A stretch of 64,000 bases of DNA from Patescibacteria group bacterium (GCA_041675205.1 JBAYUF010000001.1:84863-148862); one strand, 5' to 3'. Positions 46,778 to 57,447 are shown, counted from the stretch's first letter. Made by a program: numbers and translations. Notes: generated from the sequence alone by a model not told the origin.

Positions 46778-48126
46778 GAAGAGAGCGTTTTAAGAAGTGT
46801 GGTCGCTTCTAGAAGTGTTTGTGCGATGAGTTTCTTTGGTTGACTTGGTAATTTTTCGTCCACTCGGGGGCTCGCAATGATTGCTGCAGTAATACCGAGC
46901 CGTTTGGCTGTTTCTAGGCGCCGAGCGGCTTCTGATACAGGACGAACGTCACCGTGCAACCCTAACTCGCCGTACGCCATAAGTGTTCGCGGGACCGGCA
47001 GATTGTGTATGGCACTAATGATTGCAAGCGCTACTGGCAAATCAAGCGCCGGCTCGGTTACTTTTAGTCCTCCAACTAAGTTACAGTGAATATCAAAGTT
47101 CGAAAGTGACTTCCGAAACTGTTTTTCTATAACCGCAGTTATAAGCTGCAAACGATTCGTATCAAAGCCGCTACTCCGTCGTTTGGCATTACCAGAGCGG
47201 GTCGGGGATAGCAAGGCCTGTACCTCGACCAGAAAAACCCGTGAGCCTTGCACAAGCGGCGCAAGCATTGTGCCAGGGACGGGACGTTTCGTGAGATCGA
47301 TGAAGGTAGCCGAAGGGTTTTGTACAGGACACAAACCTGCGGCCGCCATTTGCCACACACCAATTTCTGTAATACCGCCAAATCTATTTTTAATAGCTCG
47401 AAGTATTCGATGTAAGCCGTCGTCGCTTTTTTCAAAGTATAGAACAGTATCAACCGTGTGCTCGATTAGTTTTGGTCCAGCGATGCCGCCGGTTTTTGTA
47501 ACGTGTCCAATGATGACAATGGGTGTTGCTGTATGTTTGGCAATCTCAAGCAGCGCATCTGTTGCATCGGCCAGGTCTCTCGGTCGGTTTGCCGTAGCAC
47601 CGCGTTCTGTGCGCATGGTTTGTAAAGAATCAATAACGACGAGTGCGGGTTTTAGGGTTGCAATGCCATGAGTAATATTTGCAATCGTTGGTTCGTCGAG
47701 AAAGTGCAGTGCGTCATTTGTAATGCCTCCCAAACGGTTCAGACGAAGCCGAACCTGCTCACCTGATTCTTCACCTGAGACGTAGAGAATAGAGCGATTA
47801 GCCAGTGCCAAGTGTCGAGCAATTTGCAGCAGGAGTGTTGATTTTCCTACACCAGGGTCGCCGCCAATCAGAATAAGTGCGCCGGCCACAACTCCACCAC
47901 CCAAGACCCTGTCGAATTCTTCGTCGCCAGTGGGGAAACGGGTTGCGCCTTGTGGTGAGGAAAAATTACGAAGCGACGTTGCCGCCTTTGTGGCAGTAGT
48001 CTTTGCCGCTTTTACAGGCGCTGAAACGATAAGCGTACCCCAGGCTTCACAGTTGCGACATTTACCTTCCCATTTTGGGAAGTGGGCGTTGCAGGCTGCG
48101 CAGGAATAAGAAGCGACCTGTTTCAT
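46774..48126 (-). CDS. radA: DNA repair protein RadA/Sms
   Basis: CxxC...WEGKCxxC..W, GDPGVGKST, KNRFG, Lon-like C-terminus. Confidence 0.96.
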   Translation of the reverse strand: MKQVASYSCAACNAHFPKWEGKCRNCEAWGTLIVSAPVKAAKTTATKAATSLRNFSSPQGATRFPTGDEEFDRVLGGGVVAGALILIGGDPGVGKSTLLLQIARHLALANRSILYVSGEESGEQVRLRLNRLGGITNDALHFLDEPTIANITHGIATLKPALVVIDSLQTMRTERGATANRPRDLADATDALLEIAKHTATPIVIIGHVTKTGGIAGPKLIEHTVDTVLYFEKSDDGLHRILRAIKNRFGGITEIGVWQMAAAGLCPVQNPSATFIDLTKRPVPGTMLAPLVQGSRVFLVEVQALLSPTRSGNAKRRSSGFDTNRLQLITAVIEKQFRKSLSNFDIHCNLVGGLKVTEPALDLPVALAIISAIHNLPVPRTLMAYGELGLHGDVRPVSEAARRLETAKRLGITAAIIASPRVDEKLPSQPKKLIAQTLLEATTLLKTLSS

Positions 48127-48129
48127 GAG

Positions 48130-49191
48130 CTATTTTGTCGCTGTGCAGTCGTTCATTTCAATGTGCATATGGGGTGGTTTCGTTTCCCAGAGTGGGGGTT
48201 CATACCCACCACCGATATTTGGACACTTTGCTACTATAATGTCGCGTATCCTATCAAAGTCTTCAAACGTTCTTGCTCGTATATCGACTGCGCATGAGAA
48301 TCCCGATGGTAGAGAGCCAGATGAAAGCTCACCATAGTGCTTAGAGCCACGGTGATGTTGGCAGTTTGTACTGCTACTGTACGTTTCGTTTGGGTCCCAA
48401 GGGGTGCAGGTTCCTTTGGCAATATTATCGTCAGAGATGCTGTTAAATGTTACGTCTACATTGGACTTGATACAGCTCATCAATTCAGCTAGTTGTTTTG
48501 TTGCGTGCGCTCCTTGGTCAGAAGCAATTGGTAAATCGGAGAAGGTATCTTCGCCAAGTGTGACCTTTGTGCAACAGCAAACGTTTGTTCCCTCTGTTGG
48601 TTGTGGCTGGGGGCAAGAGGAGAAATTGGCGTAGGCCGCGCCTGGGCATTGCTCACTGCCGGCTGGGAATTTTTCTAAATCGCGCCATGAACAAAATTGC
48701 GCAGCATCAATGATGGCCTTTTGTTCGAGTGGTACATTAGCAATATATGCTAAGTTCAGCGCAGTGAACTTCGTTAGCTGGGGGTTAACCGTGTAGAGGA
48801 TTACATATGAACCGAGCATGAGTACAAGCCCTATGACAGCGCCGCCAGCGTAGGTCTGGGCGAGGGAGATTCTATTCGTGTTTCCCGCAGCCGTTAGCCA
48901 TATAAAACCAGAAACTAGTAACACTATGGCCGCAAGTAGTGTAGCGGCGCTAACCGCTAGAATATATAAACTGGCTATGTATTCGCCAATCCAGGGTATG
49001 CCGATGCACCTTTGAGTGGGATTTGAAATATCCGAGCATGCAGTGGGCGCTCCAATAGCTGAAAAGTCTACGATTTTAAACGTTAAATCAGGTACTTTAA
49101 ATTTCGGCTCTTCAGCCTTCGCTACTGTGCCAACGAAAGAAATGGTCAACGACGCAACGAGTACCGCCAGTGCTATGAAGCGCCGGTTCAT
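48130..49191 (-). CDS. T4SS-type pilin domain fused to a Cys-rich region and a probable M15/LAS-type Zn peptidase domain
   Basis: Pilin segment [10 protein letters not shown]...GGAVIGL..TVNPQL; SKHYG...AVDI...PHMHIE. Confidence 0.65.
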   Translation of the reverse strand: MNRRFIALAVLVASLTISFVGTVAKAEEPKFKVPDLTFKIVDFSAIGAPTACSDISNPTQRCIGIPWIGEYIASLYILAVSAATLLAAIVLLVSGFIWLTAAGNTNRISLAQTYAGGAVIGLVLMLGSYVILYTVNPQLTKFTALNLAYIANVPLEQKAIIDAAQFCSWRDLEKFPAGSEQCPGAAYANFSSCPQPQPTEGTNVCCCTKVTLGEDTFSDLPIASDQGAHATKQLAELMSCIKSNVDVTFNSISDDNIAKGTCTPWDPNETYSSSTNCQHHRGSKHYGELSSGSLPSGFSCAVDIRARTFEDFDRIRDIIVAKCPNIGGGYEPPLWETKPPHMHIEMNDCTATK

Positions 49192-49192
49192 A

Positions 49193-49891
49193 TTATTGCT
49201 TCGTAGCGTGGAGATTAATGACTTGTGTCAGTTCTTCGCTCGTAATGAGGCCGGACACTCGCTGGTCATTTATGAATAGATACGGAGTACCATCCACACC
49301 AAGCGCGTTACCTTCTTGTACGTTTCGCAATACCATATTTTTCGCTTCAGTACTTTCCATGCAAGCCGTAAAGGTATTCGATTTCAAACCCAACGCTGAC
49401 CCAAGGGCTAGTAGGTTGTCTTGGTAGTGGTTTGTGGTAGCAAATAGCGCATCGTGAAATTCCCAGAACTTACCTTCTTTACCGGCACACCAGGCAGCTG
49501 TGTGGGCTACGAGCACATTTGGGTGTACAGACGAAACAGGAAAATCGCGCCAAACGAGACGTGCTTTTTTATTCGTGTCCACCTCACTCTTTAAAAGCGT
49601 CGCCATGTCCCGACAGTAGGGGCAATCAAAGTCAGAAAAAATAACAATTTTTACCGGTGCGTCTGAAGCGCCGTATGAAAAATCATCAGACCGTGTGGTG
49701 GGTTCGGTTATCGTGGGCGTTCTTGTCCCAGTGACAAGTGGGTTACCAGCAGGCTCGAACGTACTCCCGGTGTTTATGGGTTGGGATGTTGTTGGTAGAA
49801 GCGTAAAGCGTAAAAAGAGGTATAACGTAACAATGGCTGCTAACAGTATGGCACCGACAAACGGGAGAAGGGTTGTTTGTGATTGTTTCAT
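49193..49891 (-). CDS. Membrane-anchored DsbA/BdbD-like oxidoreductase (paralog of 13306-13989)
   Basis: FSDFDCPYC, WRDFP, GKFWEFHDALF, GVDGTPYLFIN. Confidence 0.9.
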   Translation of the reverse strand: MKQSQTTLLPFVGAILLAAIVTLYLFLRFTLLPTTSQPINTGSTFEPAGNPLVTGTRTPTITEPTTRSDDFSYGASDAPVKIVIFSDFDCPYCRDMATLLKSEVDTNKKARLVWRDFPVSSVHPNVLVAHTAAWCAGKEGKFWEFHDALFATTNHYQDNLLALGSALGLKSNTFTACMESTEAKNMVLRNVQEGNALGVDGTPYLFINDQRVSGLITSEELTQVINLHATKQ

Positions 49892-51069
49892 AGACGTAGA
49901 CGAGAAATCCCGCCAAAAATAGTTTCAATAGTTAGCCACAGTCCGTCAGTGCTGACCGAGAGCTGCCGAACTGTTTCAATGGGAACATCTGGGCCAATCT
50001 GTTCACGGGTGCCAGTGGCAAGATCAATTGCAAAAAGGTTATCGCGGTAGCTATCAGCAATACTTGGCGAAAGCCCTGCCCCTTCGGGTAGTTCTGTTGG
50101 AACAGCGCAGACAACTTTTGTCTGGCTGGAGAAGGTGCATTTGTCGGCCCACGTTGTAACGCCAATGCTGTGCCTGTTAGCGCCAATAGCTTCACCACTG
50201 GCATCAACCAACCACACCGTCGGCCGGTAACCTGTTGCGGCAGACGAGACACTGTAGAGCAACCGTTGCCCATCTGGCGTCCATTTGGCTTGCATGCCGA
50301 CACCTGGAACAGTGAGTGATCGGTAGTTCTCTCCATTGAGGCCAATCAGGAAGATATCTTGCTGGTCAGCGGCAGACGGGGTGTGCTGATACCCAAGTAT
50401 GTCCCCTCGAGGGGACCACAGCACGTCAACTGAGGCAGCATTCCTACCGAGTGGTTCAATTGCTTTTGCGGCTGTGCCGTCGACATTTGCTGTGCCCAGC
50501 CAGTTATTATCTGGGTCGAGTGCCAAACTTTTGAAGGCGAGAGATTCACCAGTTTTGTTAAAAGAAAAATCTTCCCAGTGTTTTGGGAGGGTGTACTGCG
50601 TATCCGATTGAAAATCATAGACAATATTTGCGCCGTCCGGAAATTCAATAACTGCCTGCTCGCTCGTAGGTGACCAGGTAACATTTTCTGCGCCCAAAAA
50701 TGATTTTTCTCCAAGTTGTTTGATTGTTCCGTCTATAGCAACTTGCTGAAATTCGCCGCTTCTGGGTTGATAGAAGCGAACGTTACCAGTGTTGGCGGTG
50801 GTGCTAAATACTGAACCAGTTGTGGTAATTGCCGTTGGTGCTTCGACTGCTGTGCCGTCTGCGCCAATCAGTACAGTTCTGCCGTCGACAGTTGTTCTTG
50901 GTGCACCAGGTCGAGCCGTAGGCAGCGTGGCGGAGGGGGTGGGGGTGGGCGCACTAGGGGGCGTTGGTGTTTTTTTGAAAGCGATACTATAAAGGAGCGT
51001 TGCTATAAGAGCAACGAGCAGGAGGAAACCAGTGATGAGCAGTATTTTTCTAAGTGAAATATGTGGCAT
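49888..51069 (-). CDS. Membrane-anchored beta-propeller protein (TolB/WD40-like)
   Basis: N-terminal TM, Pro/Thr linker, repeated WSP/WTPDG blade motifs. Confidence 0.7.
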   Translation of the reverse strand: MPHISLRKILLITGFLLLVALIATLLYSIAFKKTPTPPSAPTPTPSATLPTARPGAPRTTVDGRTVLIGADGTAVEAPTAITTTGSVFSTTANTGNVRFYQPRSGEFQQVAIDGTIKQLGEKSFLGAENVTWSPTSEQAVIEFPDGANIVYDFQSDTQYTLPKHWEDFSFNKTGESLAFKSLALDPDNNWLGTANVDGTAAKAIEPLGRNAASVDVLWSPRGDILGYQHTPSAADQQDIFLIGLNGENYRSLTVPGVGMQAKWTPDGQRLLYSVSSAATGYRPTVWLVDASGEAIGANRHSIGVTTWADKCTFSSQTKVVCAVPTELPEGAGLSPSIADSYRDNLFAIDLATGTREQIGPDVPIETVRQLSVSTDGLWLTIETIFGGISRLRL

Positions 51070-51071
51070 AG

Positions 51072-53495
51072 CTAGGCGAGTCGCCAGCGATTGCCATGCT
51101 TCGTCAAAGCGAGGGTAAGCGGCTTCACGCCGCGTCGAGCGAGCAGCCGTTTGGCAAGCGCTTCCTCTACAGTACCACGGAGCACATGTTGAATGCTACG
51201 GGCGCCGTTGCCGTGCACTGTTGCGGCTGTTAAGAGGGCAGTGCGCGCGGCGTCAGGCACCAGCAGTGTTACGCCGCGCTCTGCTAAACGTTCGTTGAGT
51301 AAAGCAACCTCTCTCTCGAGTAACGTTGCGAGCTCGTCATTTGCAAGAGACGTTAAGGATAGTACAGCGTCAAAACGTTCGCGAAGCTCTCCAGGCAGGA
51401 GTTTGGCCGTAGCTTCGAGAATATCTTCACTAGCGGCTGTTGCGTTATGCGTACCAAAGCCCAGCGAACTGGCCTCCTTGGGGAGCGGGTTCATGGTGGC
51501 GACTATTATGGTTTGTCGAAAGCTGATGACTCGTCCCGCACCATCTCGGAGAGACCCTTCGCTTAGTATTTGTAGGAGCAATTGGTAGACATCCCTATGG
51601 GCACGGTTAAGTTCGTCAAAGAGGATGACGCGATACGGTCGCCGTCGTACAGCCTCCGTTAGTGCGCCGCTTTCCTTGTAGCCAACGTAGCCAGCTGGTG
51701 CGCCAATAAGTTTCGCGACCGTGTGTCCCTCGGTGTACTCACTCATATCAAAGCGAAGCAGGGCATCCTCGGATTGGAAAAGTGTTTGGGCCAACGCTTT
51801 CGCCAGCGTTGTTTTTCCGACGCCGGTAGGACCAGCCAGGAGAAACGAGGCCAGGGGACGATGCCTATCAGATAAACCTAACGACGAGCGGCGGATTGTT
51901 TCTGAAACGGTTCGTCGAACATGCTCATGACCAATAAAACGTTCACCAAGCGACGCTTCTAAATTATTGAGTCGGGCGTGCTCGTCGAGGGCGAGTTCAC
52001 GCACGGGTACACCTGTCCAGGCGGTGAGGATTTCGGCCACCGTCTTTGCCGTCACTGTTGGTAGGTCAGTTGAATCATCGGCCGCAAATGAGGCTTCAAG
52101 CTCCAGCCGACGAGCATGGTGGTCGCGTGCTTCGTCGCGCCAACGAATCGCTTCTTCAAATCGTTCCTGTGTTGTGGCCGTTTCTTTGCGTTTTGTGGCC
52201 GTTCGTTCAGCGGCGGTGACTTCTTGAATGCGACCAATGAGGGCTGGCGTTGCACTTTTTAGTGCTGCTCGAGCGGCTGCTTCATCAATAAGATCGATTG
52301 CCTTGTCAGGGAGAAACCGTTCTGGTAGGTAGCGTTCGCTAAAGCGGATGGCGGCGTCAATGGCTTCATCAGTAATACGAACACCATGGTGCATTTCATA
52401 GCGACGACGAAGTGCGTGGAGAATATCACGGGTCGCGCTTGGGGTTGGTTCAGACACGCGTACTGGTTGGAAGCGTCGTTCAAGCGCGCCATCAGATTCA
52501 ATATGCTGGCGATACTCTTCGAGAGTTGTGGCACCAATGCAGCGAAGTTCTCCACGAGCCAGCGCTGGTTTTAGAAGATTAGCCGCATCAATAGAGCCTG
52601 TGGCAGCGCCGGCGCCCACAATGGTGTGTAATTCGTCGATGAATATAATGATGTCTGTGTTGCGTTTCAGTTCGTCTAAGACCTGCCGTATGCGGTTTTC
52701 AAATTCACCTCTAAACATTGTACCCGCAATAAGTGAACCAACGTCGAGCGATACGATGCGCTTGCCTTTGAGTGCTGTGGGAACGTTCCCTTCGGCAATC
52801 CGTTTAGCGAGCCCTTCGACAATGGCAGTTTTACCTACGCCCGGATCGCCAAGGAGGACGGGGTTATTTTTTGTGCGACGAAGTAGTATTTGCATGACCC
52901 GTTCTATTTCTAGTTCACGGCCAATGACCGGGTCGATTGCCGCCGCTCGTTCAGGATTTGTTAAATGAGTACCAAACCCCTTAATGACGCTTGGTAACTC
53001 ATCAAGCTCGTCGCTTGTTGTCGCGGTATCAATAAAGGTTTCCGTTAGTTCGGTTAACTTTGCGTCACTCTTCATAACGAGCTCGAGTTGTTTTGCTAGC
53101 TCACGAGTATCCCAATGACTGTGGCGAAATAGTCGAAGCGCTTCCCCCGGACGGTCGAGGATGGCCTGTAGGAGATGTTCAGTTCCTATATACGTGTGCT
53201 GTGCACGGTAGGCAATGGCGGTTGCCCGCATCAGTGCTCGACGCGCATCAGCAGACAGGAGTGGCGTTGCGGTGCTTGTTGCTGTTGTTTGCTCAATTAA
53301 GAAGGAACGCAACGCTTCAATGTCGAGTTTTGCACTTGCTAGCAGCTCAGCTGACAGGGAACCACGAGTTTCTGCCAAGGCGAGGAGCAGGTGAATCGGC
53401 TCAACGGTTGCCTGCTTCGCTTCCCGTGCTAGCGTATTTGCTCGACGGAGCGCGAGAGAAAGGTAGCCGCTGAATTTTGTAGATTTAGTAGACAT
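51072..53495 (-). CDS. clpC: ATP-dependent Clp protease ATPase, ClpC type
   Basis: Clp-N repeats, [11 protein letters not shown]-like middle domain ([12 protein letters not shown]), [11 protein letters not shown] loop. Confidence 0.88.
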   Translation of the reverse strand: MSTKSTKFSGYLSLALRRANTLAREAKQATVEPIHLLLALAETRGSLSAELLASAKLDIEALRSFLIEQTTATSTATPLLSADARRALMRATAIAYRAQHTYIGTEHLLQAILDRPGEALRLFRHSHWDTRELAKQLELVMKSDAKLTELTETFIDTATTSDELDELPSVIKGFGTHLTNPERAAAIDPVIGRELEIERVMQILLRRTKNNPVLLGDPGVGKTAIVEGLAKRIAEGNVPTALKGKRIVSLDVGSLIAGTMFRGEFENRIRQVLDELKRNTDIIIFIDELHTIVGAGAATGSIDAANLLKPALARGELRCIGATTLEEYRQHIESDGALERRFQPVRVSEPTPSATRDILHALRRRYEMHHGVRITDEAIDAAIRFSERYLPERFLPDKAIDLIDEAAARAALKSATPALIGRIQEVTAAERTATKRKETATTQERFEEAIRWRDEARDHHARRLELEASFAADDSTDLPTVTAKTVAEILTAWTGVPVRELALDEHARLNNLEASLGERFIGHEHVRRTVSETIRRSSLGLSDRHRPLASFLLAGPTGVGKTTLAKALAQTLFQSEDALLRFDMSEYTEGHTVAKLIGAPAGYVGYKESGALTEAVRRRPYRVILFDELNRAHRDVYQLLLQILSEGSLRDGAGRVISFRQTIIVATMNPLPKEASSLGFGTHNATAASEDILEATAKLLPGELRERFDAVLSLTSLANDELATLLEREVALLNERLAERGVTLLVPDAARTALLTAATVHGNGARSIQHVLRGTVEEALAKRLLARRGVKPLTLALTKHGNRWRLA

Positions 53496-53497
53496 AC

Positions 53498-54385
53498 TTA
53501 TGCTCCGCCACCCATTGTCCGGAGCGCGGTAATCCGCTCTTCCAGGGGTGGGTGGGTAGAAAATAGAGAAGCGAGTCGTCGGGATGAGCGTGGGAAGGGG
53601 CTGGCAAAATAGAGTGAGGCTGTGGCGTTTGAGGCGCTCGTTGTCATTTGGTTAGCGTCAGCAATTTTTTCTAGCGCCGAAGCCAGCCCTTCAGGATAGC
53701 GACTGAGCAGCGCGCCATCAGCATCGGCTAGAAATTCACGGCGGCGTGAGATGGCCAGTTGTAATAATTTGGCAATAATCGGGCTTAGTACAGCCAGTGC
53801 CAATCCGACGATAATCAAAATTGGTGGGGTGTTCTTTGTGTCCCGATTCCTGCCAAAGAGGTGGGAGTGAATGAAGAAGTCTGAAGCGATAGCAATGAAG
53901 CCAACCAGTGTAATGGCCAGCATGAGATACCGCGTGTCGAAGTTTTTAATGTGAGAAAGTTCGTGTGCCAGGACACCTTCAAGCTCATTCTTGCTTAATG
54001 TCTGTCGGAGCCCTGCAGTAACCGCGATACTTGCGTGCGCTGGGTCACGACCAGTGGCAAATGCGTTCAGGGCGCTGTCTGGCAAGAGATACAATTTTGG
54101 CGTTGGTATACCGGCAGTAATGGCCAAGTTTTCAACTATGCGGTGTAGTTCAGGGTCTGCGTCGTAGGGCAGCGACACAGCACCGGATCCTGTAAGAGCG
54201 ATTTTATCACCCGCGAACCAGCTCGTGAGCGTACTGGTGAGTGCCAAGAAACCAGCCATGACTAACAGTGCTGGAGTGTTGCCACTAATCGTACCGAAGA
54301 CGTAGCCAATAAGAAGCACCAAAGCAACTACCGCACTGATCAGCAGTATAGACCGTCGTTTATTCGCAACAATTTGTTGATACAT
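53498..54385 (-). CDS. htpX: M48 family Zn metalloprotease HtpX
   Basis: NAFATG, HELSH, SRRREFLAD, STHPP. Confidence 0.93.
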   Translation of the reverse strand: MYQQIVANKRRSILLISAVVALVLLIGYVFGTISGNTPALLVMAGFLALTSTLTSWFAGDKIALTGSGAVSLPYDADPELHRIVENLAITAGIPTPKLYLLPDSALNAFATGRDPAHASIAVTAGLRQTLSKNELEGVLAHELSHIKNFDTRYLMLAITLVGFIAIASDFFIHSHLFGRNRDTKNTPPILIIVGLALAVLSPIIAKLLQLAISRRREFLADADGALLSRYPEGLASALEKIADANQMTTSASNATASLYFASPFPRSSRRLASLFSTHPPLEERITALRTMGGGA

Positions 54386-54942
54386 TAGGTAAAGGAAACA
54401 GCAACAGGTTCACGACTGGCCGTTGCATCAAGCTCAAAGAACTCTGCTTGGTGGAAACCAAGTGGGCCAGCAATGAGGTTGGTCGGGAAGACAGTTTGTT
54501 TAATGTTGTAGTCTCGCACCAGTCCGTTATAGAACCGTCGGGCAGCTTGTACTTTGTTTTCTGTATCAGCCAGTTCACGCTGCAGCTCAACAAAATTGGT
54601 GGATGCTTTGAGGTCTGGGTAGCTTTCTGCGACCGCAAATAAGCCACTGAGACTGTTTCCGAGTGCCGCTTCTGCTATGCCTCGTTCCGCCATGGTGGCG
54701 GCTTGCAGGGCAGCTGCTCGGGCCGCGGTTACTTTTTCTAATGTACCAGCTTCATGCGCCTTGTACCCCTTAACGGTTTCGACAAGATTTGGAATAAGGT
54801 CAGAGCGTCGTTTCAGTTGGATATCGATATCCGCCCAGGCCTCAGTCACGTGGGTGCGGGCACGAATCAATCCATTGTAAAAAGAAATGATTCCTAAAAT
54901 AATGACGACAGCAATAATGGCAAAAATACTTAGTGGTGTCAT
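54385..54942 (-). CDS. lemA: LemA family protein
   Basis: YNGL...AWADIDIQLKRRSDLIPNLVETVKGY, ESYPDLKAS, RRFYN. Confidence 0.95.
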   Translation of the reverse strand: MTPLSIFAIIAVVIILGIISFYNGLIRARTHVTEAWADIDIQLKRRSDLIPNLVETVKGYKAHEAGTLEKVTAARAAALQAATMAERGIAEAALGNSLSGLFAVAESYPDLKASTNFVELQRELADTENKVQAARRFYNGLVRDYNIKQTVFPTNLIAGPLGFHQAEFFELDATASREPVAVSFT

Positions 54943-55093
54943 AGGAATTTTCTTGTAATGTGTGGTATAATAAATTTTGAGCGAACCATATTTTCAATCA
55001 TTTTCTTTTGCAATCGTACCGAAAAAACAAGCAAACGTCAACGTTTGCGGAATTTATTTCTCGCCCTGTTGTTCGGGGTATGTATACAAACGC

Positions 55094-56107
55094 ATGCGGC
55101 CTACGAGTTATCTTGGATTAGATATTGGCTCAACGAGTATAAAGCTCGTTGAGTTGCGAGCCACCGCTGGCGTGCCTGAGCTAGCAACCTACGGCATGGT
55201 GACCGTACCAACGCTTCCAGCTGCTCGTCAGTATGATACGGGTCAGTTGGCTGCCACTGTAGCCACGTTACTGAAACAAAGCCGAGCAACAGCTCGGGGA
55301 GTGTACAGTGCCTTACCAACAGAATCAGTCTTTACCTCAATCATTACTGTACCGCAGGGGAATGCGAAAGCTGTGGCAGCGGCAGTTCACACGGAAGCCG
55401 CGAAACTGCTTCCTCGGCCAATTGACGAGATGGTGCTTGATCCACAACAACTTAGCGTGAGCGCTGATAAACACTCCGTTCGTATACTGCTCGTGGCGGC
55501 TCCACGCGAGTTGGTTGAGCGATACGATACTATTTGTCGATTGGCCGGAATTGAATTGCTTGGTCTGGAAGTCGAGAGCTTTGCTATGGTGCGTTCCTTG
55601 GTTGGTAAAGACCCTGCTTCGGTAGCGATTGTAGACTTTGGTGCGACAACAACAGACATCATCGTTGTGGCCAATGGGGTGCCAGTTCTTTCTCGCAGTG
55701 TACGCATTGGTGGCCGAGACTTAACTAGTGCGCTGCAGTCGGTGCTGGGCGTTGACGTTGCGCTAGCCGAACAAGCAAAGCGAGATGCTGGTTTGGCTGC
55801 CGGAAACGTTGGTTTGGCTGGTGTCTATAAAAAAACAATTGAACCCGTAGTCCACGAGTTGCGTTACACGCTTGATACCTATTTCGAGCAATCCCAGCGA
55901 CGGGTTGAGAAGATAATTCTCACTGGCGGCTCGTCATTACTGGTTGGGCTTCCTGAATACATTTTTCAAGAGACGGGGTTGCGCACGTTTGTTGGTAATC
56001 CATGGTCTCGGGTTCGCTATCCATTAGAACTTGAGAAGGTGCTGTCAGAAACAGCCGGACAGTTTAGCGTGGCGATTGGTCTGGCGCTCCGACCATTTAA
56101 ATCATAA
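55094..56107 (+). CDS. pilM: Type IV pilus assembly protein PilM
   Basis: LGLDIGSTSIK, IVDFGATTT, GGRDLT, ILTGGSS, AIGLALR; start at MRPTSY. Confidence 0.92.
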   Translation: MRPTSYLGLDIGSTSIKLVELRATAGVPELATYGMVTVPTLPAARQYDTGQLAATVATLLKQSRATARGVYSALPTESVFTSIITVPQGNAKAVAAAVHTEAAKLLPRPIDEMVLDPQQLSVSADKHSVRILLVAAPRELVERYDTICRLAGIELLGLEVESFAMVRSLVGKDPASVAIVDFGATTTDIIVVANGVPVLSRSVRIGGRDLTSALQSVLGVDVALAEQAKRDAGLAAGNVGLAGVYKKTIEPVVHELRYTLDTYFEQSQRRVEKIILTGGSSLLVGLPEYIFQETGLRTFVGNPWSRVRYPLELEKVLSETAGQFSVAIGLALRPFKS

Positions 56108-56113
56108 CGAACT

Positions 56114-57052
56114 ATGGATGTTAATTTCCTGTCTTCTGAACGTCGTAAACGGGAAGTTGAAGAACGTGAACGTTTAGCAAAACAGCTATTGCCAGCTGAA
56201 CTACATGAAGCCGAGGGGCTGTCGAATTCGCCACAATTAAAAACGGTGCGAGCAGTACCGACGAAGACCGAAGCAGAGCCGGCTAAAATTGAATTGAGTG
56301 AAGTCGTGCAGCCAGTTATACCAACGGTGATGCATCCTGCAGCGGTGGCAAGCACCATCAGCATGCATGAGCCTGAGACGCAGCAGGCGAAGCCAGCAGT
56401 AGACCGGTCGATTTCCGTTCCGCCGCCTGTGGCGAAAAAAAATAGTGCTCCACACAGTGCAACAGTCGAGATGGTGCGAGGGCCAGAGGCAAAAAAACAT
56501 AAAACAGGAATGACACGAACCGCCGGAAGGCTCGTCGAATACGCCGCTTTACTTAGTATCGTTGTCGTTGTGTTTGTAAGCGGGGTAGCCATTGGCGTGT
56601 CTATGCGTCGTTCACCAGCACCGGTTGCTCCCGTGGTGTCAGGTATTTCGCTCATAGAACACGAAGCAGCCATGGCCTCGGCTCGAGATGTGCTTCGTCT
56701 CGCGCACGTTGCTTTGATTCAAGAGTCGCTTGATGAATATTGGCGTCAAAATGAAGCTCGCTTTCCAAGCGGCGTTGAAATTGTGCTGGGGACCGACACA
56801 ACGCAGTGCCTGGGTGCGGCCGGTTGGATTAGTAGAGATAGTTGTATTCTTCCAGTTAATCCTTCGGACAATAGAATATATTTGAGTGCCATGCCGCGTG
56901 ATCCGGGTACTGGTACCTACCGGTACACGGTGCTCGAAGCCGGCCGGGCCTATCGACTTGAATTTACGCTTGAAACAGATGCGCCGGGGTTTAAGGCCGG
57001 TCCACAGCAGCGGACGGGCGGCGCTGTGCCAGCAGCGGAAGTTGCGTCATAG
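56114..57052 (+). CDS. Bitopic protein: PilN-like N-terminal peptide, disordered linker, TM and pilin/GspG-like C-domain
   Basis: Starts MDVNFLS; C-domain aligns by eye with the pilin at 57553. Confidence 0.6.
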   Translation: MDVNFLSSERRKREVEERERLAKQLLPAELHEAEGLSNSPQLKTVRAVPTKTEAEPAKIELSEVVQPVIPTVMHPAAVASTISMHEPETQQAKPAVDRSISVPPPVAKKNSAPHSATVEMVRGPEAKKHKTGMTRTAGRLVEYAALLSIVVVVFVSGVAIGVSMRRSPAPVAPVVSGISLIEHEAAMASARDVLRLAHVALIQESLDEYWRQNEARFPSGVEIVLGTDTTQCLGAAGWISRDSCILPVNPSDNRIYLSAMPRDPGTGTYRYTVLEAGRAYRLEFTLETDAPGFKAGPQQRTGGAVPAAEVAS

Positions 57053-57054
57053 CC

Positions 57055-57447
57055 ATGCCAGGGAACGAGCAACAGGCGAAGGTGTTATTAGTTGAGGATG
57101 ATGTAGGAATTTCTGAAATGTATGCGACGGCACTCCGTATGGCTGGGTACACTGTGCAGACAGCCCTTGACGGAGCAGCCGGACTTGTTGCCGCGATCAC
57201 CGAACCACCCGACGTTGTACTTCTTGACATCATTTTGCCAGAGCTCGATGGGTTTGATGTGCTGCAGCGACTAAAGGGAAACAGTAAGACAGCACAGATT
57301 CCCGTTCTCCTTTTGTCTAATCTCAGCCAACCAGAGCAGGTGGAGCGGGGTAAAGTACTTGGCGCTGTGGATTATTTTGTAAAAGCGAACCACATTCCAG
57401 CAGATATCGTTCGTCGACTGGGTGAATTGTTGCCTGGTCGTTTGTAA
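57055..57447 (+). CDS. Single-domain response regulator (receiver only)
   Basis: VLLVEDD, LLDIILPELDG, LSN, YFVK. Confidence 0.92.
   Translation: MPGNEQQAKVLLVEDDVGISEMYATALRMAGYTVQTALDGAAGLVAAITEPPDVVLLDIILPELDGFDVLQRLKGNSKTAQIPVLLLSNLSQPEQVERGKVLGAVDYFVKANHIPADIVRRLGELLPGRL

Noticed and set aside
56017-56673. 218-aa minus-strand ORF, and similar long antisense ORFs within rnj, radA, clpC and the giant gene
   Set aside because: Antisense shadows of well-supported genes
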